Assembly: GCA_035221665.1 (NCBI GenBank)
Contig: CM069163.1
Location: 22,692,001 to 22,756,000 of the forward strand
Direction of reading: 5' to 3'
Length of the DNA stretch: 64,000 nucleotides
Origin: Okamejei kenojei
Taxonomy: Eukaryota
The notes under the pieces were generated by a model. That model had not been told where the DNA came from. It searched no databases and saw nothing but the letters and a program-made list of their open reading frames with translations. Shown here piece by piece: positions 1-12,652 of this stretch. The position numbers were made by a program, and so were the translations under genes. Positions within the stretch are counted from its first letter, which is position 1. Every line of letters starts with the position of its first letter.

Positions 1-15
1 TCCTGTTTTGTGTAG

Positions 16-270
16 AATATGAATCTGAAACTACGAGAAGCCGAGCAGCAGCGGCTACGGCAGAAGGAGTTGGAGCATCAGAGGCAAGCAGAAAGCCGAG
101 ATCGACTGCGCAAGTTGAATGCTATCCAGGCAGAAGTGTTACATCTGAATATGCAGATAGAGCCCTACTTGAAACAGAAGGACCTTGTGGGACTGGACCT
201 CTCGGAATACAGTAATCGTGGCAATCAACTTTGCAGCCTGGTGTCAGGAGTTATTAAGCTCACATCAGAG
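16..270 (+). CDS. GLE1: GLE1 internal coding exon (coiled-coil region; equivalent to human exon 6); gene starts upstream of the window
   Basis: tgtAG acceptor at 14-15, GT donor at 271; 255 nt, phase 0/0; NMNLKLREAEQQRLRQKELEHQRQAESRDRLRKLNAIQAEVLHLN...SEYSNRGNQLCSLVSGVIKLTSE. Confidence 0.93.
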
Positions 271-470
271 GTGTGTGTGTGGCATGAATAAGCGTGAAGT
301 GTAGATGGAGTTAATGGTGAGGTCTGGTCTGTGTGGACTGGGCTACATCCCCAACTCTGCACTTTCTTGCGGATTTGGGCAGAGCTGTTACCACTAAGAA
401 ACCTTGGGTGTGTGAGGAAATGTCATGGATGGAAAAAAGTAGAGTCGTCTGTGCCAGTGCAGACTATGAA

Positions 471-960
471 AATAAGCAAGTTCGGTATTCAGCCTGCGCA
501 TGCCCAGGTCATAGGTCACTCGCGATAAACATTCTCGACAGCTGTGATGCTGCATGGAAACAGACCTGCGTTTCATCCATAGTCAGGATAGTACCCGGGT
601 CTCCGGCACTGCAAGCACTGATGAATTGCCATTGGACCGTCCCCTTCCGAGTGTCCCATCCCTGTCTGGGGGTGGCCGAAGATGGCTGGGGTAACCCTGG
701 ACTGACGGGACATGGGCCCAGAGCAGTGACAGCCTAGGCTTACAGCCGGCGCCAAGTCCAGGGCTGTCGGTTAACCCTGCGGGACAGGCAGAGTTGAGAT
801 AGAGTTGGCGCTTCTTGCCCGCGCTGGCTGTAAACCTGGGCCGCCACTGCTCTGGGCAGGCAGGTCTGTTTCCATGCAGCTGCCGAGAATGTTTATCGTG
901 AGTGACCTTTTACAAATCCCATGATTCCTTGCATTTTTAAGAATACCGAACTCGCTTATT
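471..960. mobile_element. Non-autonomous inverted-repeat element (MITE-like), GC-rich core
   Basis: Outer IR AATAAGCAAGTTCGGTATTC (471-490) / GAATACCGAACTCGCTTATT (941-960), 19/20; inner IR 513-569 / 860-908 (~49 bp plus an 8-nt indel); no TSD seen. Confidence 0.75.
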
Positions 961-1037
961 GCCAAGAGCAGGAAAGGAAGCATATTACTTACATTGTGAA
1001 TGTCCATATTAAAAAAATACTAATTTGCTCTTTGTAG

Positions 1038-1251
1038 GGTGGCTTGCTACAACAAGAGGACATGCTGAATGCAGAGCGAGCCCTGCTGCAAATGAGAACG
1101 CTGATAGCCGCTATGCATGAGAAAATTGCTGCTGTAGCAGCAGATAAGAAGAGGATAAAAGAAGAAGAGGAGAAAGCACTTCAGAAAAAACAAGAAGTCA
1201 AAACTGAAATAGCACCACCAGCTCCTCAACAGAAGCCCACTCATAAAGAAG
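1038..1251 (+). CDS. GLE1: GLE1 coding exon (human exon 7 equivalent)
   Basis: tttgtAG acceptor, GTattc donor; 214 nt, phase 0/1; GGLLQQEDMLNAERALLQMRTLI...QQKPTHKE. Confidence 0.9.
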
Positions 1252-1858
1252 GTATTCTAGTGTTCTTATTTGTGAAAAATCTTTTTTTGGTCATTCATAT
1301 GGTGGCATTGCAGGGGTGATTTTGCAGAGAAATGCATGGAAATATTCCTAAGTGTTCCATGAACTGCTTTTAAAGCAAAGAATATTGTTCTTGTGACTGT
1401 TTTATCTGAGGTGGCAAATGCTCATTGGTAAGACGTTTGGAAGTCTTGATGAAACCCTTTCAATGCAAGGGAAGTAAGGAATGCACTCAGACGTTCAGAG
1501 ATAAATATTATGCTAAAAGATCTCTGTAAAATGGGTTTCTAAAACTTGGTTCCTCAGTATTTAAATTCAGCTGCCTCAAAGACATGCTGCATGTGAGGCA
1601 AGAACAATTAGTTTTTGGATTTGTCTCTTTTTTCCCCCATTGGAGATTGTTTTTGTGAAATGTGAAATTTAACCTGAAATGTGAAAAACATTCTCAGATC
1701 TTTGTCCCGCTCCGCTAAAATTTCCCTTTGTTGTGCACAGTCATTGACAAGAGTGACTGAATCTGTCTGGTAGTCACAGAAATCTGTGTCTTGCCATCTA
1801 GTAGCTATCAAACTTCTGAAAGGTCTTCCCATAAACTACGGTATAGTAAGGATCTTTT

Positions 1859-4800
1859 AATAGTAAGATTAAACGAGAACTTACCAGTTCAAAGTTTGAT
1901 CGTTATTTTATGAGGAGTAACGATGAGGGATTACGTGAAGAACCCCGCCTGGCGCTGGAAACGGCATACTTCAAAGCAGCGGCATGAAAAACACAGAACA
2001 CAAATAGCCGGAGTAAGATAGTAAGGCTCATCATAGATTTAGAACTACCAGATGATCATTTATTTTATGAGGGTGGGGAGTGGAGGGCACGTAATCCCTC
2101 ATCGTTACTCCTCATAAAATAACGATCAAACTTCGAACTGGTAAGTTCTCGTTTAATCTTACTATTTTACTTCGGAGTCACGTGAGTGACTACGTGAAGA
2201 GTGTGAAGCTTTCTGTGTTTTTCGTGTCGTAGAATTTATTCCATACGACAGTACGGCTCATTTAACACAATAACGAGCGAATAACACATTTTCCCCAAAC
2301 ATTGCCTCAAGTTATGTGATAAATTATTTCACATTATAAAAAATGAAAATAATGCCCTTTCCAATGAAAGGCAAGTTTATCACAAATACCAATTGATATA
2401 TATATTTTTATGGCATGACAAAGCAACAATTATAGAGAACCGAACATTGCGTGTCTAAATCTGACACCATGACTGGTTCCTTTTTACTTTAACAGTAATT
2501 TACAGCCTCCTGCGGCCTTGCATCTTTGCTCGAGTGGCTCATCCTGTGCCATTCCTGTGAATGTATTTTCCTCATTAACAGAGTGATTTTTCCACCTTTC
2601 AGTGTCTAGTTCCTACTGAATGTATCCAATTTTTAAACCATCTAGAAATACATTCCTCTATAACTATCAGTTTTTACTGAACCCAATGTGGTTTTTGTGT
2701 GTAATAAGCAGTCTCATTGCCACAGAGACTCTTACCTACTNNNNNNNNNNNNNNNNNNNNNNNNNNNNNNNNNNNNNNNNNNNNNNNNNNNNNNNNNNNN
2801 NNNNNNNNNNNNNNNNNNNNNNNNNNNNNNNNNNNNNNNNNNNNNNNNNNNNNNNNNNNNNNNNNNNNNNNNNNNNNNNCTTATAGTTTACCTTCGTTTC
2901 AGGTCTTCTTGGTGTGCTTTGTTTGGTAGATTCATAAACATATATGATAATGCAATTTCTATCCACATGCAATTATAACGTAACATTTGCAATGTTTGCA
3001 CTCTTATATTGATACTAAAGTTATCAGAATTATTATTTTCAATGTTCAAGTTTTTTGAATCATAGATAGAGTTAGAGTCCATTTCTTAAGGCATTTCAAG
3101 ATTATTTATCTCCTGCCTTTATATNNNNNNNNNNNNNNNNNNNNNNNNNNNNNNNNNNNNNNNNNNNNNNNNNNNNNNNNNNNNNNNNNNNNNNNNNNNN
3201 NNNNNNNNNNNNNNNNNNNNNNNNNNNNNNNNNNNNNNNNNNNNNNNNNNNNNNNNNNNNNNNNNNNNNNNNNNNNNNNNNNNNNNNNNNNNNNNNNNNN
3301 NNNNNNNNNNNNNNNNNNNNNNNNNNNNNNNNNNNNNNNNNNNATTCTGAGCCCTATTATTGGCTCTATCAATTAGATACTTAGAAAATGCAATCCACAA
3401 GGAATTCACATATATCCAATATGATAAAATAACTATACTGTATATACAGACCTCCAATTTCTTATAACAAAATATTGTTTTTTAGACTTATTTCTGCAAA
3501 TTGCAGGTATAACACTTCTTTATACATAATTATTTTATTGATATATTGTTATATTGGTTAACATTCATAGACTTCTTTGACCATCAGCTGTTGTGATGGT
3601 CTGGTCAACCTGTAGATAGTAAAATTCATATTTCCATGTCATGGAGGTTTTTTTGTACAACAATAAATTACTGCAGGGTTTCTCAAACCTGGAGATCCCA
3701 GTGGGTGCAGCAGCATCCAAAGAGCGAAGGGAGACAGGCAACGACCTGGGTCGAGACCCCTTTTTTGACTTCAATAAATTGCTGCCACTATGAATCATCA
3801 CTAGCAGTTCAAATCACACAATATTTATGAAACCATAAAGGACCCGTATTAGGCCACCAAAATGCCTCTCGCAGTGTCCTGCTACATTTTCATCAGACAC
3901 TGCCCTATAAACAAAAATGAGGAACACAAAGAAATCTTTTCCTCATGTAATTGGGAGAAAAGCATCCACCTTCACTGTTCTTGGTTTACCCACAAGAAAT
4001 ATTCAAAAGATCGGTGATTTAATCTGTATGCAATCAGATTAATCGTAAGTAATCCATATTGATGACAATATGTTTTTTCTCCCAAATTTGTTATCTTCCG
4101 ATACCATTGTCTCTTCCTTAGAGATAAACAGGTGGACTAAACTTTAAAAATATGCCACATCTGTTTACTTAGATAATCCCATGATTGTTATTTGACTTAT
4201 CTTGTGACCCACAAGAAACATTTGAAAGATCAGTGATTTAATCTGTATACAACCAGATTAATCGCAAGTAATGCAAAATAATGACAATATGTTTTTCTCC
4301 CAAATTTGACCATTGTTAACATATGCCACAGCCGTGGTATTGTTCATCTTGATACGACATGGACAGTTCCATAATAAAACAATCGATCTTTTTAATCCAT
4401 AACTCCTTATACTTCAACAATTAATTACGAATGTTTGGAAAATTTCTTAGGACAAACCATTTATGTTCGCCTGGTATTATTGTCTGCAGTCCGAACAAGA
4501 GACATATCAATTATTGTTATAAGAATAGATAATATTCTTATCTTTACACAAACATTCACAGAAGCTGTACATCATCTGTAACACTTGCTTCAGTTTGCAA
4601 CAGCTGTTAATCTTATAGTTGAAGCAGCTTATGAACCTTTTTTACATTACTTTAATAATGATAACGTATCATTTGATATTTTGCATAAGCCTCTTCACAA
4701 GGCATACATATTCTTATAAGCTTCTGTATTCCTTCTTTTGGAACTTTATTTATTTTTTACCTAATCCTAATGGAGGGACAAAGTATGTCGACAACAATTA

Positions 4801-6749
4801 GACATATTTGTATCATGGAACAATTTTCCCCCTCTCTTTATGGTGCTTGAATTACTTCTGAATTCAGAATAGTAATTTATAAGTATTTTATTAATGCCTG
4901 AGCATATGCTTTATGTAATGGGTCAGGTCCTTACCTTCCACCAGGTTTGTAATGGCAGGCACTAATTTGCAGCTGCTCTTATCTCTTCCAATTTAAATGT
5001 AATCGAGATAACCCATGACCATGACCTCATTAGTGCAAGTGCTGATCTTTTATCAGTATAATTGTTCCTTCAGTGTTCGGTTTAACAGCCTTGAACTGAT
5101 TGATTGTTTGGACAATGTTTTAACTTGCACAGCTTGACCCACTTTCATTAATTTCAAGCACCTGAATATTGATTAACACTTTGTTAATCACAACAGTTTT
5201 TCCATGTTCTAGATGTTTCCATTTTCTTACACTGAGGTAATTTTATAATATACATGTACGTACCCTTCTTATTAAATTACTTTTGAGTGCAAACCTGAAA
5301 TCAATTTTTAAAAGTTTCCTTATACAGGTGAACCAATCCTTCCTTGGATATATTGGTTAATAATCATAATACACCTGTAATCCCCCATAATTGGAGATTT
5401 CATGAACTTATTTTGTAACCAGGTGTTTGCACCTTTTCAACGTACTTCAAGCCTTCTTTCCCCCAATTATATAGGTTTAGATAAGGCTATGTTTGGATTA
5501 TACCACTTCTGCCTTTGTTTTGATCCATTATCAAATCTTTCATTGGATCATAGTTTTTTCACCGCAAGTTAAAAAAGATCTTTGCCTTTGTTTTGATCCA
5601 TTATCAAAATTTTTTCATTGGATCATAGTTTTCTCCCCAAAGTTTAAAGATCAGTAGTCTTTTGTAATTAATATCTTTGATTTATCATAAGGCAGGTTTA
5701 TTCTATAATAATCAGGAGTTTAATATCCTGATTTGTATTGATCTGCGAACCTATAGTGCAGATTTGGTAAATTATATATATTTCTTCCTATTGAGCTCCA
5801 CAACTGATGGCAATTTATTTTATTTTGAAAGTATTACTTATTTGCACCATTTTGAAATACTTTTAAATTGTATTTCTTATATCTCATATTATTTGAGACA
5901 TGGATATTTATAAACGGATTTACCGTTGATATTTTAATAAAACATAAAAGTTTTATCATATTCTTGAAGTTGGTGAGATACCATATAATTAATGTTGGCA
6001 GCTAGGTTTTCTTCCATAGCCTCACCACTTCTTTTAGATATAGCAAAATCTTTTGCTATCTCAGGCACATCTGGCCTCACTTTTTTTATTTGTGGTTTGC
6101 ATTCATAATTCACATCACCACTTGCAGGGTCTGTCTTTTGCAGCCCTGATCCACTTGGAATTATATCCAAAGAGACTTCCTCCACCCTAATCCAGGGTTC
6201 AATTCTCAATTTGGCACATAGCCATATTTTGTATATTTAAGCCCCTCAGGACCCTTGTGACCCTTGTCTCTTTTTATATTTTGTAGTATATTCTCCATAT
6301 CACGATTTTTATTAACTTTTTTAAAGTACAGCCTTTCTGTCTTTTAAAATTCCCTGCCAAAAGATTGTGGAGCATTTTTACCTCTCTATCGTAATTTTAA
6401 CGGTACCAGTATCGGAACCGGCCCCGTAATTAATCTCTCGTCCCGATCACTGGGTATTCCCCTGGGACGTTCTTTTCAAAAACTCCGTTATTTTAACAGA
6501 GTATATCTGTTCAATTTAAACTTTTAGTTTGTTTTTAAAATCCTTTAAAATCCTGGTTTCCACCAGGCACGGAGTTTTCCAGTCCTTAAAAAAAAATTTT
6601 TTAACTGCCTTACCTGCCGGTTCCGAACCTACCGCTGTCGAGGAGCTGTCTGTGCAGCTCCTGCTTCTGCCATCAGCGTCGACGTAATGCCGTTTCCAGC
6701 GCCAGGCGGGGTTCTTCACGTAGTCACTCACGTGACTCCGAAGTAAAAT
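1859..6749 (-). mobile_element. DIRS1-type tyrosine-recombinase retrotransposon, coding-degenerate
   Basis: 36-bp perfect ITRs (1932-1967 / 6687-6722); ICR 2088-2200 complementary to both termini; AAT trinucleotide at both ends; minus-strand relics of gag (~5700-6200), RT (VMGYLDY, 4999-5019) and YR (ISRW...GLDT...HSVN...PLE...KAAG, ~2500-2650). Confidence 0.93.
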
Positions 6750-6856
6750 CTATTATTGTGGACATTTGATTTTTTTGCCTTTAGAACTCTAATGCTGCAA
6801 TGCTGTAAAACTATATTCTGTACTCTGGTATTTTCTTTGCTCTACCTGATGTATGA

Positions 6857-8235
6857 GGGCAGGCTGGCCAAGAATATAAAGAAGGATAATAAAAGCTTAT
6901 TTAGGTATGTTAAGAGAAAAATATACGTTAAGAGAAAAACATTAAGAGGTTCTGTCCTCAGTAAGGAAGACACAAACATTTTCCCAGATGTACTAGAGGA
7001 CAGAGGATCTAGGGACACAGGAACTGAAAGAAATTTGCATTAGGCGAGAAATAGTATTGGGTAGACAGATGGGACTGGAGGCTGATAAATCCCCAGGGAA
7101 TTTGGATGAAGGAGAGCCAGTGGATGTAATGTATCTGGACTTTCAAAAAGCCTTTGATAAGGTCCCACACAGGAGATGTGGGTAAAATGAGAGCAAATGG
7201 TATTGGGGATATGGTATTTACATGGATAGAGAATTAGTTGGCAGACAGGAGTAGGAATAAACGGGTCCCTGTCAGAATGGCAGGCAGTGGCAAGTGGAGT
7301 GCCACCAGACTTGGTGCTGGGGCTGCAACTATTTACAATATATATTAATGATTTAGATGATGGAATTAAAAGTAACGCTAGTAAATTTGCAGATGACACA
7401 AAGCTGGGTGGCAGTGTGAACTGCGAAGAGGATGCTAGGAAGCTGCAGGGTGACTTGGACAGGTTGAGTGAGTGGGCAGATGCATAGCAGATGCAGTATA
7501 ATGTAGATAAATGTGAGGCTTCCACTTTGGCGGCAAGAACAAGGGGGCAGATTATTATTAGTGTCAGATTAAGAAAAAGGGAAGTGCAATGAGACCTGAG
7601 TGCCCTTGTACACTAGTCACTGAAAGTAAACATACAGGTACAGCAGGCAGTGAAGAAAGCATGTTGGCCTTCATAACGAGAGGATTTAAGTATAGGAGTA
7701 AAGAGGTCCTTCTGTAGTTGTACAGGGTGAGACCACATCTGGAATATTGTGTGCAGTTATAGTCTCCTAATTTGAGGAAGGACATCCTTGCTATTGAGGC
7801 AGTGCAGCGTAGGTTCACGAGGAAAGTTTGGAAAGACTGGCCTTATATTCACTGGAATTTAGAAGGATGAGAGGGGATCTTATAGAAACTTATAAAATTA
7901 TAAAAGGACTGGGCAAGCAAGATGAAGGAAAAATGTTCCCAATGTTGGCGGTGTTCAGAACTAGGGGCCACAGTCTAAGAATAAAGGGAAGGCCATTTAA
8001 AACTGAGATGAGAAAAAACGTTTTCAACCAGAGAGTTGTGGAATTCTCGGCCATAGAAGGCAGCGGAGGCCAATTCACTGGATGAATTTAAAAGAGTTGG
8101 ATGTAAACCTAGGGGCTAACGGAATCAAGGGATATGGGAAGAAGGCAGGCACGGGTTACTAATTGTGGATGATCAGCTATGCTCGTAATGACTCAAAGGG
8201 CCAAATGACCTCCTCCTGCACCTATTTTCTATGTT
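6857..8235 (+). mobile_element. CR1-type LINE, 5'-truncated and degenerate (RT C-terminal half plus 3' UTR)
   Basis: YLDFQKAFDKVPH, SGVPPDLVLGLQLFTIYINDLD, KFADDTKLGG, RPHLEYCVQ, LEFRRMRGDLIETYKI; ends cctcctgcacctattttctatgtt. Confidence 0.92.
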
Positions 8236-8350
8236 ATATTTAAGTAATTTATATTTGATTTATTAGAACTGTACAAACATTAAGATTTGTGGAAACAAAC
8301 AATTAATTAAAATCTAATTTAATTTGCATAATCTTTTTATTTATTTGTAG

Positions 8351-8463
8351 GGCTACAATTAAAGGCAGATTCAAGCACTTTGCAATGGTACCACCGGTTG
8401 CAGGATATCTGTAATCAATGTGCAGCATCCATTAATGATCTTAACAACAGCAAGGATAGTAAG
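8351..8463 (+). CDS. GLE1: GLE1 coding exon (exon 8 equivalent)
   Basis: ttgtAG/GTaaaa; 113 nt, frame-compatible with neighbours; GLQLKADSSTLQWYHRLQDICNQCAASINDLNNSKDSK. Confidence 0.93.
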
Positions 8464-9320
8464 GTAAAATAATATTAAATGCTTTTGAAGTAATCTGTAA
8501 TAATTTTACTTCCAGGCAATTTCTGCACTAACGTTGTCAACATAGTTTAGTCCCTTTTGTAAACTTTTCAATGGAAATCTCTCCAACTGGCCTCATTTAG
8601 ACCTCATGGAGGGAAGTGAGCTTCAGATTTCATTTGCATTTTGAAGAGAAAGCCAATCGTTACAGTTGGGTGATAGTTGATAGCAATTTTAACCCTGGAA
8701 GGTACAATTGATTCTCCTTTCTACAGTGGGTATGCGTTTTGTAAGGCTATAAATCATTGCATTGTGGCATACATGATTCTCGACTTTTTATGTAACTGAA
8801 CAAGGAATTATCACCAAAATAATTTCAGCAAAGTATCCTATGGTTACAATCTGTCTGTAATCTAGCTCTCGACATAGTGTGTGCCATGTACGAAGTGCAA
8901 TCTAGTTATTTAACTTGACTCGACTGACAAAAATCTAACTTTAGAAAAAAAGCAGCAAGTAACTGGGAGTATTTGTGGGGTTTCATCCGAGTCGTTTTGA
9001 CTGAGAAATGTGTGGCAAATCCTTCATTATTGCTGCATCTAAATCCTGAAATCCCCATCTAACCATATTGTAGAATCCGATGATTAGGAGAGTATGGTTC
9101 ATGAAGGTGGCTTACCTCTACATTCTCAAGGATAATTATGAATCCTTGGTCTTGCTAATGAAAGCCCCAACCTGAAAAATTAATTAAAAAATACAAAATC
9201 TATTTAACTTGGCTGGAAAATTAATACAGGTAGGCAATGTTACACAATATCAATATAAGTAAATAATATTTCCCATTTAAGTTATAATACACTCATAAAA
9301 GTTTGTACATGTGTCTCTAG

Positions 9321-9390
9321 GTTAAGAAGATTAAAATGGATCTTCAGAAGACGGCAACCATTCCCGTTGGTCAAATCTCTTCTGTTGCAG
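9321..9390 (+). CDS. GLE1: GLE1 coding exon (exon 9 equivalent)
   Basis: ctctAG/GTaaat; 70 nt; VKKIKMDLQKTATIPVGQISSVA. Confidence 0.94.
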
Positions 9391-10902
9391 GTAAATGGGG
9401 GGAAAAAACACATTTTTGTTTTTCAATTTAATAATGCCATTATCTGTTCTACAATTTGCTCCTTCCTTTAATTTCTCTTGCCATGCCTCATCATACATAA
9501 ATTCTGACCTCATGGTCTCATACCAATCATTTGTTCTATTTAGGGGTTTTCTCCTATTGCCTCCCAAATCTATTGAAGTTTATGATTACTTGCTAAAGCA
9601 TGGTTGCAGAAAACTCTAAACAGGAGAGAGCATCTGCAGAAAAAGAGTTGTTGAGAGTTCTTAGTTAATTAGAATTGGAGAATAGATATCTGGAATTATT
9701 TTGAACATTAAGGGTTTTTTTTTTTGGTAAAATGTATCTCTCAGTTAACATTATTAAAATGGATGGTTTGATAAAAAAGATTATAAATTACTAGCATAAT
9801 AGCATCAAGAATTGGATGGAACCTGGTGAAATAATAGGCTTTATCTGAATATCCAGAATGGTATATAAAGATCTCTACTCTGGGTGAACTATTAGTTTTG
9901 TGATACTGTAGACCAAAGAGGGGTAAGAAGGCAGACAAAAATAAACAAAACTGGAAATAGTATTACAATTAAGCCAGTGATTAATATCAGATTGCATAGA
10001 TCTTAATTTTTGTTGGCTTTGCTTTATGCAAGAGTTTTGATTGTTGTGTTGGTTTAACACCATCAAGCCGCTCAGCAACAAATGCATTCTGTGGTTGTTA
10101 GGGCAAGGTTCCCAAGCCTGGTTAATATCTTGGACTCTCATTCATATGATGTCCTAAAAATGTTATAGTCGGTAAAAATGGTTGATAATTTCTCACATCG
10201 CCATTTGTAGGACTTCTCTGTGTAGATTAGGCTGCTAAATTTGAGTTTTAATGGTATTACATTTCAAAAGTACATCATATCAGATGTCAGATGCTTCAGG
10301 ATATCCTTGGGATGTGAAAGCAGTTGTTTAAATGCAAGCCTGTCTTTTGACATTTGTTTCAGCCAGAGACTTTTCCTTTCATCGTTACAATTTAGTTTCT
10401 GCTTTTATAGTATGTGGAGTGTGTTCTGGAATTTATTTCCTTTACCATGTCATCAAACTTTCCAGCCAAAGTCTCCAACACAATGTAAAGTACTGTTTTG
10501 CTTGCGACACATGGCACATGAGACTTCCTTTGGGATTTATTTGTGGAAATCGGGACAGTTCACTTTCAAGGACGTTTGCACAGAAGTAGAAATACATACT
10601 GGGATAATTTAAACAACTCAATAAATGGGGGGGAGGGTGAAGAAGCATTAACAGATTAAATGGCCAAATTCCCTTTGCCGATCTATCTTGTGCAATGAGT
10701 ATCAGTGATATACAGATGTGAACTGGAATTGGATTAGTTTTGAAGTAAATGTAAACATTTGATCGATGTATTATGTTCTGTTGAAATATATTTGTGAAAA
10801 TACTGCACACAGTGAAATCATTTTTCTTTTGCTGAAATACAAAAGAAATGTCAAATAATTTTTGCGCTCTTTTTGTACCCCTCCCCTATCTTCATCACCA
10901 AG

Positions 10903-11045
10903 CATCTCACCTGCGTGAAATCTTTGACAAGATCAATAACCTCCTCCTAGGCAAGCAAATATCGTCAGGTGGGAAGATGGTGTCGATTGCTCAACACCCA
11001 CAAGGTCAGGAGTTTGTCTATTACAAACTGGCAGAAAAATTTGTG
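10903..11045 (+). CDS. GLE1: GLE1 coding exon (exon 10 equivalent)
   Basis: ccaAG/GTgagc; 143 nt; [47 protein letters not shown]. Confidence 0.94.
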
Positions 11046-11174
11046 GTGAGCAATTAAAATTAATGCCTGTAATATGATTGTGCAATGTAAAACCAAGGAC
11101 CTGCTATGTGCGCTAAAATATATATAAAATTAAAAAAATGGTGTAGCTCCCTTTTATGACCTCTTGATATCCTT

Positions 11175-11479
11175 GGGCGGCATGGTGTCGCAGTGGTAGA
11201 GTTGTTGCCTAACGCACCAGAGACCCGATTTGATCCTGACAATGGGTGCTGTCTGTATGGAAATTGTACATCCTCCCCGTGACTGCATTGGTTTTCCCTC
11301 GGTGCTCTGGTTTCCTCACACACGCCAAAGATGTACAGGTTTGTAGGTTAATTGGCTTTGGTAAATATTGTAAATTATCCCTAGTGTTAGGATAGTGTTA
11401 GTGGATGGGGGATCACTGGTCGACGCAGACTGGGTGCACCGAAGGGGCCAGTTTCCACGCTGTATTCATAAACTAAACT
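11175..11479 (+). mobile_element. tRNA-derived HE1/V-SINE-type SINE
   Basis: GGGCGGCATGGTGTCGCAGTGGTAGAG head, degenerate B box, V-domain-like ...ggtttcctcacacacgccaaagatgtacaggtttgtaggttaattgg, (TAAAC)n tail. Confidence 0.85.
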
Positions 11480-11480
11480 T

Positions 11481-11780
11481 ATTAATAAGCACAGAGGCCG
11501 ACTTCAAAAGATCCTCCAGTGGGGTGAACCCTCGGAAAGTGCCTGGATCTGATGGTATACCCGGTCAAGTTCACAAGACCTGTGCAGACCAACAGGCTTT
11601 TGCAGATCTTTTCAACCTCTCACTACTGAGGTCTGAGGTTCCCAAATTTGTTTTGCTCTCTCATTTATCATATTGTTTACAGTGTACTATGTTTACATAT
11701 TCTGTTGTGCTGCAGCAAGTAAGAATTTCATTGTTCTACCTGGGACATATGACAATAAAACACACTTGACTCTCTTGACA
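11481..11780 (+). mobile_element. Rex1/Babar-like LINE fragment with 3' UTR
   Basis: VNPRKVPGSDGIPGQVHKTCADQ..FADLFNLSLLRSEVP; 3' UTR ending in gactcttgac repeats, shared with 24965-25077. Confidence 0.75.
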
Positions 11781-12407
11781 TTTATAGTAAAGCTTCTCAA
11801 AGTAATGAGAAATAAAGATAATGTTCAGAAGTGAGATTGCTATTCACTCTACCAGTAGAGTTTTTGTTTCAGTTTGAATTAAAATAACTATTTTTTTATT
11901 TCTCTCATTCTGCCCGTCGGAAACCGGCACCAGTGCGTCACTAATGTTTTCAATGATATAATAATTCTCATTGTTAATACTTCATTTNNNNNNNNNNNNN
12001 NNNNNNNNNNNNNNNNNNNNNNNNNNNNNNNNNNNNNNNNNNNNNNNNNNNNNNNNNNNNNNNNNNNNNNNNNNNNNNNNNNNNNNNNNNNNNNNNNNNN
12101 NNNNNNNNNNNNNNNNNNNNNNNNNNNNNNNNNNNTCCTTTGAAGCTTAAACCAAATGCCTATTTTTCTCTTGTTTTGAACAATCTCATCATCTGCAAAA
12201 TGGAGGCTTCCCTATGTATCTATAAAACATTAATTGCATTAAAAACTCCCAGAGGGATAATGAGAGCTCATTTTAACTAAGTGCTATAGAGAAGAGCAAA
12301 TACTGGTCACAGAGCTATACAGGTCCAGCTTGTCTATGCTGAATACGATGTGTACCTGAAATAGGGCTGATATCTCTCCAATCACTATCCGTGTACCTGT
12401 CCATATG

Positions 12408-12652
12408 CAGATATAAAATTCTTAAAGGATTGGACAGGTTAGATGCAGGAAAAATGTTCCCAATGTTGGGGGAGTCCAGAACGAGGGGTCACATTTTAAG
12501 AATAAGGGAATGGCCATTTAGGACTGAAATGGGGAAAATTTTTTCACCCAGTGAGTTTTGAATCTGTGGAATAGATGATCAGCCATGATCATATTTGATG
12601 GCAGTGTTGGCTCGAAGGGCTGAATTGCCTACTCCTGCACCTATTTTTCTGT
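12408..12652 (+). mobile_element. CR1 LINE 3' end fragment
   Basis: YKILKGLDRLDAGKMFPMLGESRTRGH and the CR1 3' UTR ending cctactcctgcacctattttt. Confidence 0.85.

Noticed and set aside
331-1007. Overlapping 60-134 aa ORFs as a small gene
   Set aside because: They arise from the GC-rich MITE inside a GLE1 intron and have no recognisable domain.
1859-2166. Long hairpin as a standalone pre-miRNA or MITE
   Set aside because: It is fully explained as the DIRS terminus plus ICR; the ICR continues into a perfect match to the far terminus at 6713-6749.
2620-3457. ORFs spanning N runs
   Set aside because: Artefacts of assembly gaps translated as X.
11175-11250. tRNA gene
   Set aside because: It is a degenerate tRNA-like head that continues into a SINE body and tail; no intact cloverleaf.
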